Under the pieces are notes generated by a model. It was not told the origin of the DNA. It was given only the letters and a program-made list of their open reading frames with translations, and ran no database searches. The position numbers and the translations under genes are program-made. A stretch of 64,000 nucleotides of DNA, taken from an uncultured Kiloniellales bacterium. GTDB lineage: Bacteria > Actinomycetota > Acidimicrobiia > Spongiisociales > UBA5794. The DNA is taken from assembly GCA_964195155.1 (NCBI GenBank), contig CAXMOP010000060.1:9860-73859 (forward strand), written 5' to 3'. Every line of letters begins with the position of its first letter. The first letter of the stretch is position 1. Shown one piece after another: positions 54,511 through 64,000 of this stretch.

Positions 54511-55089
54511 ATGAAGAAGGTGCCGCCCGAGCTGACAGAGAAGCTGCTCGAGGCCTCGGCCACGATGCCGGTGGGCTCAGGCTTCGACGTGAGCGTCGAC
54601 GAGGTGGCCGCGATGAGCGGCGTCCCACGAGCGACGCTGTACTACTACTTCTCAGGCAAGGACGACCTCGTCCAGTTCTACCTCAATGACCTGATGGAGC
54701 GAACGCGGGTCGCCATACAGAAGGCTGCCGCGACCGAAGGGTCCCACGAGGCTCGTCTAGCCGCGGTCATGACCGGCATCATCGGAGCATTCGCCGAGTA
54801 CCCGAAGATGTGCATGGAGCTGCCGGCCGCCATCAAGCACGGTGCCGACTACGCCGAGGTGATGCTGAAGATGGACGAGGCGGTGATGGCCCCGCTTCGC
54901 GAGGTGTTGATCGAGGGAAAGGCCGGCAAGGAGCTGACCTACACCGATGTCGCCACCGCGGCCAACGCCATCATGGGCGCACTGCACATGGTGTCGATGA
55001 CCAGGCTCATCCAGACCGGGCACCTCGATGCCGACGAGACCTCCGCCGCCGTGGTCCCCCAGCTGATCAACGGGCTACTCCCCCGCTGA
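54511..55089 (+). CDS. TetR/AcrR-family regulator
   Basis: SVDEVAAMSGVPRATLYYYFSGKDDL. Confidence 0.92.
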   Translation: MKKVPPELTEKLLEASATMPVGSGFDVSVDEVAAMSGVPRATLYYYFSGKDDLVQFYLNDLMERTRVAIQKAAATEGSHEARLAAVMTGIIGAFAEYPKMCMELPAAIKHGADYAEVMLKMDEAVMAPLREVLIEGKAGKELTYTDVATAANAIMGALHMVSMTRLIQTGHLDADETSAAVVPQLINGLLPR

Positions 55090-55095
55090 TCTACC

Positions 55096-55143
55096 GTTCT
55101 TGCGTAGCCAGGAGCTATATATGGCCGGCTGCTACGCAAGAAC
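55096..55143. repeat. REP-like palindrome B
   Basis: GTTCTTGCGTAGC..GCTATATATGGC..GCTACGCAAGAAC; same arms as palindrome A. Confidence 0.85.
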
Positions 55144-55157
55144 CATCGGGAGGTCCC

Positions 55158-56384
55158 GTGTCGCTGGTTGATGATGCCGCCGAGCGCTCGATCGAGCTGC
55201 TGCGCGAGGCGCTGCATCCCGAGGGATTCGTGGCGTCACCGGCCGACGATCACTACGCCTCGATCTGGGGCCGCGACTCGGCAATGGCGTGCCTCGGTGC
55301 CTCACGATCCGGCGACGAAGCGTTGATCGAGGGTGTCGAGGCGAACCTGCGCACCCTGGCATCGAAGGCGACGCCATATGGCCAGGTCCCCAACGTGTAT
55401 TGGCCCGAGCGCGGCTACTGGGATTGGGGTGAGGGCGGCACCACCGACGCCACCGCATGGCTGGTGATCGCCCTCGCCGAGCACGTGGCGGCGACCGGGA
55501 GAGACGCTATCGCCACTGAGCTGTGGCCGGCGGTCGAGTCCGGGATGCGCTGGTTGCGCTACCAGGAGATCACCGGAAGCGGGCTGATCGACTCGCCCGC
55601 AGGCGGGGATTGGATGGACGGGACTCTGCGGCGCGTCGGCCGGGTGTTTCACGTCAACGTCTTGTACCACTGGGCGGCGGCGAGCGCGATGCGGCTGGCC
55701 GAGCGACTTGGCGAACAAGCACCGATGGACCCGGCTTCGATCGCACGGAAGATCGACGGCCTGTTCTGGCCGGCACCGGGAAGTGATCTGGCCGATCTCA
55801 GCACTGCTGACTATCCCAACGAAGCCACGGCGGAGTTCCCCCACCCTCTTGCTGTTCGTGAGTTCCAACGGGTTTCGATCGCCGACCGGCGCCACCATCT
55901 CGCCTTGGTGTCGTTCGGGCGCTTCGTCGACCGCTGCGACGTGCTCGGCGAATCCCTCGCCATCGCCAGCGGCCTCGTCGACGGAGACCGCGCCCAAGGC
56001 ATTCTCGACTACCTGAACGAAGAGGGATGCGCCGACCCGTATCCCAGCAAGACCTGGCCCGAGCCATTCCTTCCGGGCGCTCCGGGCAGCATCCTCGACA
56101 CCGACGCCGACGCCTTGCAGGACGAGCGCTGGCGCAACCCGCCGGGGTCCTATCACAACGGGGCGATTTGGCCGTACATCGGCGGAGCCCATGCTGTCGC
56201 CGCGTCGGTGGCCGGCCGAGACGACGAGGCCCGCCGATTGCTCGAAGGCGTTGCGGCAGCCAATGCCCTCAACGAATGGAGCTTCCCGGAATGGATCGGA
56301 GTCCCCGCAGGCCAGCCCGACGGCGCCCGTCGCCAGGCATGGAACGCCGGCGCGTACCTGTGGGCGTATTCCGCAATCGGCTAG
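55158..56384 (+). CDS. (alpha/alpha)6 glycoside hydrolase (GH100 invertase / debranching-enzyme-like)
   Basis: YASIWGRDS, DATAWLV, DWMD, YHNGAIWPYIGG, FPEW, QAWNAG. Confidence 0.75.
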   Translation: MSLVDDAAERSIELLREALHPEGFVASPADDHYASIWGRDSAMACLGASRSGDEALIEGVEANLRTLASKATPYGQVPNVYWPERGYWDWGEGGTTDATAWLVIALAEHVAATGRDAIATELWPAVESGMRWLRYQEITGSGLIDSPAGGDWMDGTLRRVGRVFHVNVLYHWAAASAMRLAERLGEQAPMDPASIARKIDGLFWPAPGSDLADLSTADYPNEATAEFPHPLAVREFQRVSIADRRHHLALVSFGRFVDRCDVLGESLAIASGLVDGDRAQGILDYLNEEGCADPYPSKTWPEPFLPGAPGSILDTDADALQDERWRNPPGSYHNGAIWPYIGGAHAVAASVAGRDDEARRLLEGVAAANALNEWSFPEWIGVPAGQPDGARRQAWNAGAYLWAYSAIG

Positions 56385-56397
56385 GTTCCTGCCACCG

Positions 56398-57051
56398 ATG
56401 GCTGACACCGAACTCGACGCGCTGAACCAGGCCGCAGAACAACGCTGGATCGAGATGTGGCTGGAGGGGCCAACACTGCGGGCCGACGCTCTGCGTCGCG
56501 GCGACCTAGCGCCCGAGGTGGAGCTGCTTGCCGAGGATGGATCCCCGGTGGTACTCAGCTCATTCTGGGCCGAGCGGCCGGCGCTGGTGATCCTCTGGCG
56601 CCACCTTGGATGCGGGTGCGGGCAGGACCGCGCCCGACGCCTCGCAAACGAGTTTCAGGGCTACGTCGCCGCCGGTCTCCAGGTTGTCGTCGTTGCGCCC
56701 GGTGATCCGCAACGTGTGGCTGCGTACAGAGAGAAGTATGGCGTGGTGGCGCCGATGCTGGCCGACCGCGAATACGCCACCCATCATGGCTTCGGGCTGT
56801 CGCACTGGTCGGTCGAGCAGGTGCTCTACGACGCACCCGACGAGTACTGCGAGCTGCGCCGCGACACCGGCGACGACTTCCAGACCGGGCGCCGGGCGGA
56901 GGGGCGGCCAATGGTCGATGACCCCTGGATGCCTTCGGCAGAGTTCATTGTGGGAACCGACGGGGTGATTCGGATCGCCTACCTGTACAACTACTGCGAG
57001 GACTTCCCAGATCCGCGAGTGTTCACGACGGCGGCTCGACTGGCATCGTGA
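56398..57051 (+). CDS. AhpC/TSA peroxiredoxin-like protein
   Basis: GDLAPEVEL, ILWRHLGCGC, FIVGTDGVIR. Confidence 0.75.
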   Translation: MADTELDALNQAAEQRWIEMWLEGPTLRADALRRGDLAPEVELLAEDGSPVVLSSFWAERPALVILWRHLGCGCGQDRARRLANEFQGYVAAGLQVVVVAPGDPQRVAAYREKYGVVAPMLADREYATHHGFGLSHWSVEQVLYDAPDEYCELRRDTGDDFQTGRRAEGRPMVDDPWMPSAEFIVGTDGVIRIAYLYNYCEDFPDPRVFTTAARLAS

Positions 57052-58195
57052 TCTCATCGACCGCTGCAAGCGCCGCCCAGGTCTGCGGGACCGCGCCTCT
57101 GGCTTCTCCGGTTTCCGGATCCCACAGCTCCGAGAACCCGGAGGTGATCGCGCCGCGGCGGGTCATCGCCGCAATCTGGTCGGCGAGGTCGGCACGGCCC
57201 CAGCGGAGCGCAGCAACCCTCGCCAGATGGTTGAGCTGGGGCCAGGCCGCCCCGCGCCAATAGAGATCCGGCCGGTACACCGGATGGGAACGGGGCACAT
57301 AGGCCAGCCCGTAGGGGGCGGCGAAACGGGTCTCGTCGGCGAGCTGGTCCAAAACGGTCGATGCGAGCTCCGGGTTGGTGGTTGACAGCGCCGGCAGAGC
57401 CCCGTCGAGGGTGGGCACGCTCGTCGAGTCGTCCGGTCCCACCACGGCGAGGTCGGCCCAGAGGCCCTCATGAGGATCCCAGAGCTGCTCATCGAGTACA
57501 GCAGCCAGCTCGCCGGCACGGTCCTCCCAGACGGAATCGCCCCCAACGGAGGCGAACTCACGCATGCCGTGGGCGGCGATGGCGTTGAAGGCCGCCGGCG
57601 CCGCCTCGAACTTCTCGTTGGTCGCCGCCTCACCGGTCGCCTCGAATGCGGTGAGGCCCACCAGCTCGAGGTCAAACCCGGTCCACTGGTCCCGGTTCCA
57701 GTCGGCCGTTCCGATCCAGCCGTCCCAACGCGGCGAGTCGTCGGCGCCGGCCTCCCAGGGATGGACGATGCGCAACAGCCCCTCGCCGGTTCGACGCTCC
57801 CGCCACAGGTATTCGTAGGCGGCGGAGACCCTGTCGATCAGCCCGCCGCCGACCGGTAGCCCGCTTCTGACGAGTGTTGCCAGCGCGTGCCCGTAGACCG
57901 GTGGCTGGGTATACCCGGAGCGATCGTCGAGCGGTCCCCGATACTGCGAAGGCTCGGCGTAGCGCATGTGCGGGACAAACCCGCTCGGCAGCTGGCCGAC
58001 GAACACCGCTTCGAGTTCCCGCACCGCTCGATCGTCGCCGAGGGCAGCCCAGGCGATCGCATGGAAACAGCTGTCCCACAGCCAGAGATGTGGATACACC
58101 GACGGATTCGGATACGAATAGCCCCGCGCCTCGTCCCAGGCCTCCTCGAGCACCCGGGCAGCCTGCGACCTCGCATCATCCTTTGTTGCGGGCAT
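57023..58195 (-). CDS. GH63 mannosyl/glucosylglycerate hydrolase-like protein
   Basis: YPHLWLWDSCFHA, TQPPV, HPWEAGADDSPRWD, YWRGAAW, GFSELWDP. Confidence 0.8.
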   Translation of the reverse strand: MPATKDDARSQAARVLEEAWDEARGYSYPNPSVYPHLWLWDSCFHAIAWAALGDDRAVRELEAVFVGQLPSGFVPHMRYAEPSQYRGPLDDRSGYTQPPVYGHALATLVRSGLPVGGGLIDRVSAAYEYLWRERRTGEGLLRIVHPWEAGADDSPRWDGWIGTADWNRDQWTGFDLELVGLTAFEATGEAATNEKFEAAPAAFNAIAAHGMREFASVGGDSVWEDRAGELAAVLDEQLWDPHEGLWADLAVVGPDDSTSVPTLDGALPALSTTNPELASTVLDQLADETRFAAPYGLAYVPRSHPVYRPDLYWRGAAWPQLNHLARVAALRWGRADLADQIAAMTRRGAITSGFSELWDPETGEARGAVPQTWAALAAVDEITMPVEPPS

Positions 58196-58215
58196 TGCGG
58201 CCATATATTGGCCCA

Positions 58216-58716
58216 ATGTCCACAGGATCCGGGGAGCAATCAGAGCCAAGGCCAATTCTCCGCAAGCCGCCGCGCGGCGCGATGCGATGGCTGATGAAGG
58301 CGCCCGCGTATCTCTACCGAGCCAAACTCGGCTGGATGATGGGGAAACGGATGGCGATGATCGAGCACGTCGGCCGGCGGTCGGGGAAGACCTATCAGAC
58401 GGTCCTCGAGGTGGTTCGCTACGACAACGACACGATCGACCTCGCCGCCGCATGGGGCCCGAAGAGCGACTGGTTCCGCAACATCAAGGCCAATCCGGCC
58501 GTCAAGGTCAGCAGTGGCCGGATTCACCAGGCGCCGGCGACCGGCGGCGTGGTCGACGCCGAAATCGCGGCCGAGGTGTACGCCGCATACACCGAAGCTC
58601 ACCCGCGATCGGTGCAGGCGCTCTCCAAAACCATGGGCCTGCCCTTCGAGGACCCCGAGGTGATGGCTGCGTCGGTTCCGCTGGTTCGGCTCACACTCGA
58701 CGCCAGCGCCCGATAG
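58216..58716 (+). CDS. deazaflavin (F420)-dependent nitroreductase family protein
   Basis: HVGRRSGK, AAWGPKSDWFRNIKANP. Confidence 0.85.
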   Translation: MSTGSGEQSEPRPILRKPPRGAMRWLMKAPAYLYRAKLGWMMGKRMAMIEHVGRRSGKTYQTVLEVVRYDNDTIDLAAAWGPKSDWFRNIKANPAVKVSSGRIHQAPATGGVVDAEIAAEVYAAYTEAHPRSVQALSKTMGLPFEDPEVMAASVPLVRLTLDASAR

Positions 58717-58851
58717 AAGGGTCGGGCTCGTTCACCACGGCCACTGGGTACGACGGCCGACCGATCGGTACGCTTGCACGATGGGCGGCAGTATCCACCC
58801 ACTCACCGGGTTCGAGGGCAAGTTGCATCGCTATGCGATAAGCGGCGACCA

Positions 58852-59823
58852 ATGACCACTGCGGAGCACCAGCAGGGCGGTTCGGCGGGTGGCGGCCACG
58901 ACCACACCGCCATGCTCGCCGCCAACGAGCGGGCCCTCAAGATCAGCCTGTGGCTGACCGGTATCTACTTCTTCGTCGAGCTCGGTCTTGGGCTGGCCAG
59001 CGGATCGGTGGCGGTGCTCGCCGATGCCATGCACACGTTCTCTGCGGTCGGCGGGGTGTTGTTGGCGTTGGTCGCGGCCCGGATCGCCGCTCGCCCGGCC
59101 GACCGCTATCGAACCTTCGGCTCCATCAGGGCCGAGATCATCGGTGCGCTCCTCAACGGCCTGTTCCTCTTCCTCATGGCCTTCGTGGTCATCGGGCTTG
59201 GCATCCGGCGGCTGCTCAACCCCAGCGAGCTCGAAACCGGCCTGATGCTGCTCGCCGCGATCGGCGGCATCATCACCGAACTCATCTCGCTTCGCGTCCT
59301 CTACGCCGGGCAGAAAGACAACCTCAACATGCGGGGCGCCTACTGGCACGTGGTGCAGACTTTCGTCGGCAGCCTGTTGATCATTGTCGCCGCCGTCGTC
59401 GTCACCTTCACCGACTTCATCGCCATCGACCCCATCTTGGGTATCACCTTCGGATTCGTGTTGCTGTGGGCGGCATGGGGAATCACCCGTGATTCCATCC
59501 GGATTCTGATGGAGACGGTGCCGTCCGACGTCGACCTGCCCGAGGTCATCGGATCGCTGGTCGAGATCCCCGGAGTACGGGATGCCCACCACGTCCATGC
59601 CTGGGCATTGACCAGCGGGCGCAACCTGTTCTCTGCCCACCTCCTGGTCGCAGAGGACGTCGACCCCCAAGCGGTGCTGCACTCGGCGCAAACCGTAGTG
59701 AGGGATGAGCACGGCTTCTACTTTTCGACGATCCAGGTCGAGACCGAGTGCGAGGAGCCAGACCCCGCAGCAGCAATCGACTTCGCCAACACCGACCCAT
59801 TGGAGCATCGGCACCCGGGCTGA
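58852..59823 (+). CDS. cation diffusion facilitator (CzcD-like)
   Basis: SVAVLADAMH, TFGSIRAE, NLNMRGAYWH, HHVHAW, TIQVE. Confidence 0.92.
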   Translation: MTTAEHQQGGSAGGGHDHTAMLAANERALKISLWLTGIYFFVELGLGLASGSVAVLADAMHTFSAVGGVLLALVAARIAARPADRYRTFGSIRAEIIGALLNGLFLFLMAFVVIGLGIRRLLNPSELETGLMLLAAIGGIITELISLRVLYAGQKDNLNMRGAYWHVVQTFVGSLLIIVAAVVVTFTDFIAIDPILGITFGFVLLWAAWGITRDSIRILMETVPSDVDLPEVIGSLVEIPGVRDAHHVHAWALTSGRNLFSAHLLVAEDVDPQAVLHSAQTVVRDEHGFYFSTIQVETECEEPDPAAAIDFANTDPLEHRHPG

Positions 59824-59993
59824 GGTGACCAATGCTCGCCCGGGTACGCCTCGAGCACGCGATCCATCACCGCGACGATCACTCGCCGCTCATCGGAGGG
59901 CCGACGAGCGTGTCGATCGATGGCTCGGCGCCGGCCTCGACGTCGACGTGCTGGAGACTGCGACCTACTTCCAGTATGGGATCGGGACGCGGA

Positions 59994-60854
59994 TCAGGCT
60001 CCCAGGAGCACCTCGCCAAGGGTGAGCACCGCGACGGCGAGGAAGATCCAGCCAAGCAAATGGATCAAGGACTCGCCTCGCACTCGCTGTGACAGCAGCG
60101 GCGCAAGCTGGCCACCGAGGATCACTCCGGGAACCGTGAAGATCACGATCGAAAGCACCGTATCGAGACCAGATCCACCGTCGGTGACGAATCCGACGAT
60201 ATGCGTGGCGCTTGCGGCCAGCGCCGTCACCGCCACCACCACGACGCTGGTCGCAACCGCGATCCGCGTCGGGACGCGACACCGCATCACCAGCGTGTAG
60301 TCGTTGAGCTCACCCAGCCCCGTCGATATCAACCCAACGGACAGGCCACCAAGCCCGGCCGCCCACCGACCCTCGTTGGTCCGGCACACCTGGTACTCGA
60401 GCGTCTCGCCATCTGCGGCGACGATGCGCCGTTCCAAACTCGGCTGCACGACTCCGTCTCCCCGTGCGATCGCGGCGTCCTCCCGGTGCCGGTCGTGATG
60501 GCGGAGGAACGCAAAAGCGATGGCGAGGAGCGCCAAGCCCAACAGCACCTTGAGCAGGTCGGCGGGAATAACTCCGGCAAGCAACGCCCCAACTACGGCG
60601 GCCGGCACCGAGAAAACGGCAAGCATGCGCGCCATCGTCCAGTCGATGGTTCCGGCCCTGGCGTGCGCCGACACTCCCGAGGCAAAGCCAAAGACCTCGG
60701 TGATCAATGCCGCTCCGATCGCCACCTGGGGCTCCAATCCCAACACGAGGATGAAAAGCGGGGCAAAGAAGGTGGCTCCTCCGATGCCGGCACCGATCGC
60801 CACGAATGAGATCCCGATCGCTACCGGAAACAGATACCAATAGGTCAACTCCAC
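59994..60854 (-). CDS. TauE/SafE sulfite exporter family protein
   Basis: GIGGATFFAP, GLISTGLGE, AVATS; multi-TM. Confidence 0.85.
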   Translation of the reverse strand: MELTYWYLFPVAIGISFVAIGAGIGGATFFAPLFILVLGLEPQVAIGAALITEVFGFASGVSAHARAGTIDWTMARMLAVFSVPAAVVGALLAGVIPADLLKVLLGLALLAIAFAFLRHHDRHREDAAIARGDGVVQPSLERRIVAADGETLEYQVCRTNEGRWAAGLGGLSVGLISTGLGELNDYTLVMRCRVPTRIAVATSVVVVAVTALAASATHIVGFVTDGGSGLDTVLSIVIFTVPGVILGGQLAPLLSQRVRGESLIHLLGWIFLAVAVLTLGEVLLGA

Positions 60855-60938
60855 CGCTGGACCGTATCACCGACGTGCAGCCGGGAACCCCACAGCCGGC
60901 GACGGCCGTCAAAGCGGAGAAGCAACCTGGAGGGGAAT

Positions 60939-61994
60939 ATGCGTCGCTTTGCCGCCTTTGCCACAACCTTGTTGATCGCACTCTTCGTCGTCGCCCCGGC
61001 CGCCCGTGCCTGCGGGTTTCTCGTCTCGGCGAATGGGGCGATTCGCCTGCAGAAAACGACGACGTTCGTCACCTGGGCCGATGGCATCGAGCGCTACATC
61101 ACCAACTTCACCTTCGAGGGTGAGGTGGAGTCGTTTGGCTCGATCATCCCGCTGCCGGCCGAGCCCACCGAGGTCACCCGTGCCGGTGACTGGACGCTGC
61201 AGCGACTCCAGCTCGAGGTGAACCCGCAGCCACCGTTCCAGCTCCGCAGCGCGGCACTGTCCGCGACGGCCGAGGGTGTTGAGGTCATCCTGCGCACCCA
61301 GATCGACGCGCTCGACGTGGTAGTGCTCAAGGGCGGCGGCGCCGACGTGCTGGCGTGGGTGAACGACAACGGCTTCAACTTGCCAGAGGGGCCGGAAACG
61401 GACCACATGCTCGAGTTCTACGGATCGCGCTCCCCCTACTTCCTGGCGGCTCGGTTCGATGCCGACCTCGCCGCCAACGATGGATTCATTTCCGGGGATG
61501 GGATCCCGGTGCAGATCACGATTCCGATCGACCGGCCCTGGGTGCCCCTCCACATCTTGCACGGAGCCACCCCCGACACCGAGATCATCGAGGCCGACGT
61601 GTTCCTGCTGACCCCGGACCGCCCCGCCCTGCTCCACGGGACCGGGCTCAACGTGGAACGGTCGGAATGGGCGTCCCAGGATCTCCTCGACGATCTCCGC
61701 TCCGACGAGAACATGGAGTGGGTCCCGCGGGAGGGGTGGTTCACCCATCTCGCCCTGGAAGTCGAGGCTCAAGAGCTGGTGTACGACCTGGCGATCAGTG
61801 TCGATGGCGACTTTCCATCGTTCGTCGACGCCGGCCTGACGCGCTTCGAGCCGACCGAACAGCAGCTCACCGACTTCGGGTTGCGCAGGAATACGTCACC
61901 CAGGACCGGCGTCCTGGCCGCGGTTGCCGCAGTGGCGGTGGCCGGCTCGGCGTTGGCGCTCGGAATCGCCTGGTCGATGGGTCCAAAAGACTGA
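60939..61994 (+). CDS. DUF2330-like secreted, membrane-anchored protein
   Basis: Signal peptide ending ARACGF, FGSIIPLP, WVNDNGF; C-terminal TM. Confidence 0.7.
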   Translation: MRRFAAFATTLLIALFVVAPAARACGFLVSANGAIRLQKTTTFVTWADGIERYITNFTFEGEVESFGSIIPLPAEPTEVTRAGDWTLQRLQLEVNPQPPFQLRSAALSATAEGVEVILRTQIDALDVVVLKGGGADVLAWVNDNGFNLPEGPETDHMLEFYGSRSPYFLAARFDADLAANDGFISGDGIPVQITIPIDRPWVPLHILHGATPDTEIIEADVFLLTPDRPALLHGTGLNVERSEWASQDLLDDLRSDENMEWVPREGWFTHLALEVEAQELVYDLAISVDGDFPSFVDAGLTRFEPTEQQLTDFGLRRNTSPRTGVLAAVAAVAVAGSALALGIAWSMGPKD

Positions 61995-62126
61995 ATTCGG
62001 GACCGCTGCGGCCTGAGGACGGTGTTGAACAATGACGAGTGCCCTGAGCCGCCGCTCGCTTGAGTGTTGCGGTGACGCTGTTTCTCCAGTCAGCGCCGGC
62101 ACGCTGGAGGATTGCTCAACACCCTC

Positions 62127-62795
62127 CTAGTTCGTCTTGGCGCTCCGAAGCGCCGACGCTGCCTCCTCGGTGGTCACAACGTCGTTTGCGAGGAACCTGT
62201 AGTTGGTCATCGCTGCGGCATACCCGTCGCCGAGGTCGGGGAGGATGGCCGCCGCCGTGGCGTCCTGAATCACCGTCACATCGAATCCGCTCTCCAGCAT
62301 TGCGCGCAGATGCGCCTCGGTGCAAAGGTTGGCCGACATCCCGCACAGGTACACCGAGTCGATTCCCCGCTTCCTCAGTTGGAGGAAGAGATCGTTGTTC
62401 TCGGGGCCGTAGACCTTGTGCGGACTGGCTACGACGGTCTCGCCGTTATGGATGTGCTGCTTGTACTGATCGAGAAAGTCGGCACCGGAGCCTTCGAACC
62501 CGGTCAAGTCGAGCGGGTCGGGCCGGTCGTACATGCCAACCTCGTGCATCGCCTTTTCGATCGTGCCACCGAACTTCCAGCGATGGTCCCACGGGAAGTA
62601 GTAGTGGGGCGAGATAAACACCGGAACCCCGCCGCCCTTGGCGGCCTGGAACATGGTGTCGATGTTCTCGATCGTGTTGTTCTCGATGACGCTTTGTTTC
62701 ACTGCGTCCCAGAACGCGCCTTTTTCGCTGAGGAAGTCGTTCTGTGGATCCGTCACCACGAGGGCAGTGACGTCGGCGATGACCGGAATTGCCAT
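62127..62795 (-). CDS. cysteine hydrolase (isochorismatase family)
   Basis: VTDPQNDFL, HKVYGP, GMSANLCTEAH. Confidence 0.88.
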   Translation of the reverse strand: MAIPVIADVTALVVTDPQNDFLSEKGAFWDAVKQSVIENNTIENIDTMFQAAKGGGVPVFISPHYYFPWDHRWKFGGTIEKAMHEVGMYDRPDPLDLTGFEGSGADFLDQYKQHIHNGETVVASPHKVYGPENNDLFLQLRKRGIDSVYLCGMSANLCTEAHLRAMLESGFDVTVIQDATAAAILPDLGDGYAAAMTNYRFLANDVVTTEEAASALRSAKTN

Positions 62796-62904
62796 GACGG
62801 GATCTCTCTTTCTGTCTCCTACGGGCCTTCTCCGAGCCTACCCGTCGATCAGCAAGGGGATGACGTCGCGCATCGACCCAAGCCGTTGGGCGGTCCACAC
62901 GCGA

Positions 62905-63528
62905 CTAGCCGTCGTCGTTGGCAGAGGTTGCAAACTCGATGGAAGCAGCAATGATCGTCTTCACCACATCAAGGTCCTCGCCATCACGCGGCGCGTAGAC
63001 CATTACCAGATTCGGGATCGATCCATCGAGCGCAAACGGGTGGTACTCGCCCCAGCCCTGGTCGACCATCTGTTGAGCATCGCCCGCCGGCAGCCTGAGG
63101 TGCAGGCTGCCCCCATCTGGCTGGGGGTGGATGTGCGCAAACTCGCGGGCAACGATCATCGCTCTGCTGTTCAGAGTCACGCCCTGTGCCACGGTCAGCG
63201 CTCGGGCACCCGGCAGTGAAGCCAGGCTCGGCAGCTCCACGATCCCATCTCGGGAAAATGCCCATGTGGCCAATTCGGCGAACACATCGTCGCTCGACCC
63301 TTGATCGAGCTGGATGTGCGGGATGCCGGTCGTAACACTCGGACGTTCGCCAGGTCGGGGCTGAAGTGTCAGGTTCGAAACCACGGTGTTTCCTGTCCGA
63401 GGTGCCGTCGTCGGCGGTGCCGGCTGTGTTGCTGAAGGGTTCGTGGTTGGTGGGTCGGCGGCGCCAGAGCAGGCGGCAGCGGCAAGCGCCAGCGCCGCCG
63501 CAGCCACCGTCAGCCTCGTGGCGTGCAT
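62905..63528 (-). CDS. luciferase-family (DUF5519-like) lipoprotein
   Basis: Lipobox LAAAAC; REFAHIHP..GSLHLRLP, GWGEYHP, MVYAPRD. Confidence 0.7.
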   Translation of the reverse strand: MHATRLTVAAAALALAAAACSGAADPPTTNPSATQPAPPTTAPRTGNTVVSNLTLQPRPGERPSVTTGIPHIQLDQGSSDDVFAELATWAFSRDGIVELPSLASLPGARALTVAQGVTLNSRAMIVAREFAHIHPQPDGGSLHLRLPAGDAQQMVDQGWGEYHPFALDGSIPNLVMVYAPRDGEDLDVVKTIIAASIEFATSANDDG

Positions 63529-63679
63529 GTGATCACGCGATGGGCGCGCCGTTGAGCTTCGGGAAGGAGGGTCCGACGCTCTCCTTGCGACGGATGCGCG
63601 CGACCATCCTGCTCGGCACATTCGATCGCATGAGCCGCAGCTATCGTTTGCCGCACACTCACCGAGCCAAGGGGAAGCC

Positions 63680-64000
63680 GTGGATCTTGGAGCATTCTCG
63701 ATCAGCCTCGCTGTCAAGGACATGGTCGCATCGCGAGCCTTCTACTCGAAACTGGGATTTGAGATGGTCGCAGGCGACGGCGAGACCTGGACAATCGTCG
63801 CCAACCAATTGGTCGCCATCGGCCTGTTCCAAGGAATGTTCGAATCGAACATCCTGACCTTCAATCCCGGCTGGGCTGGCCTCGGTGAACCGGTCGACGG
63901 GTTCACCGACATCCGAAAGCTGAGTAGCCGGCTGACAGACGAGGGGCTCGAGCCGATCGACGACACGACCGGAGAGACACCGAGTGGTCCCGCCAGCTTC
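63680..64000 (+). CDS. VOC/glyoxalase family protein (3' end runs off window)
   Basis: Not in ORF track; MDLGAFSISLAVKD..SRAFYSKLGF..IGLFQGMFESNILTFNPGW. Confidence 0.85.
   Translation, partial: MDLGAFSISLAVKDMVASRAFYSKLGFEMVAGDGETWTIVANQLVAIGLFQGMFESNILTFNPGWAGLGEPVDGFTDIRKLSSRLTDEGLEPIDDTTGETPSGPASF

Noticed and set aside
56398-57051. Selenocysteine in the peroxiredoxin-like protein
   Set aside because: No in-frame TGA; ordinary Cys codons.
59832-59993. Possible gene remnant between the CDF and TauE genes
   Set aside because: Too short and no identifiable family motif.
50000-64000. Integron-like cassette array
   Set aside because: Mixed gene orientations, no integrase and no repeated attC-like site between most genes.

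Overview
High-GC actinobacterial chromosome segment; gene repertoire and intergenic palindromes suggest Acidimicrobiia (inference). About 2.3-37 kb is a dense amino-acid biosynthesis supercluster: ilvBNC-leuA-leuB, ilvD, cimA, pheA, argR-argG-argH, leuCD, argCB/argJ-argR2, a divergent sulfur-relay locus (sulfurtransferase, DUF4395-thioredoxin and cysteine synthase-rhodanese versus SAM riboswitch, thrC-like, MoaD-like and MoeB), serB, thrA and gltB. The rest is accessory: two TA pairs, a SARP-STAND-TM-Bmp regulator, trkAH, a cyclase-ATPase-TPR protein, MFS/TetR, glycoside hydrolases, CDF and TauE. The most notable signals are mostly absent from the ORF track: (i) short leader peptides matched to the downstream pathway (Val/Leu/Ile for ilvB, Ile for cimA, Phe plus a C-rich tract for pheA, Leu coupled to the ilvC stop for leuA); (ii) a SAM-I riboswitch over a probable sulfur-carrier homocysteine pathway; (iii) a possible +1 frameshift at CCC-TGA at the gltB start, preceded by a 28-aa membrane peptide; (iv) repeat pairs that bracket the argCB/argJR module and the MFS-TetR pair. 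No rRNA, tRNA, CRISPR array or transposase was seen. All calls are by eye; no database searches were run.
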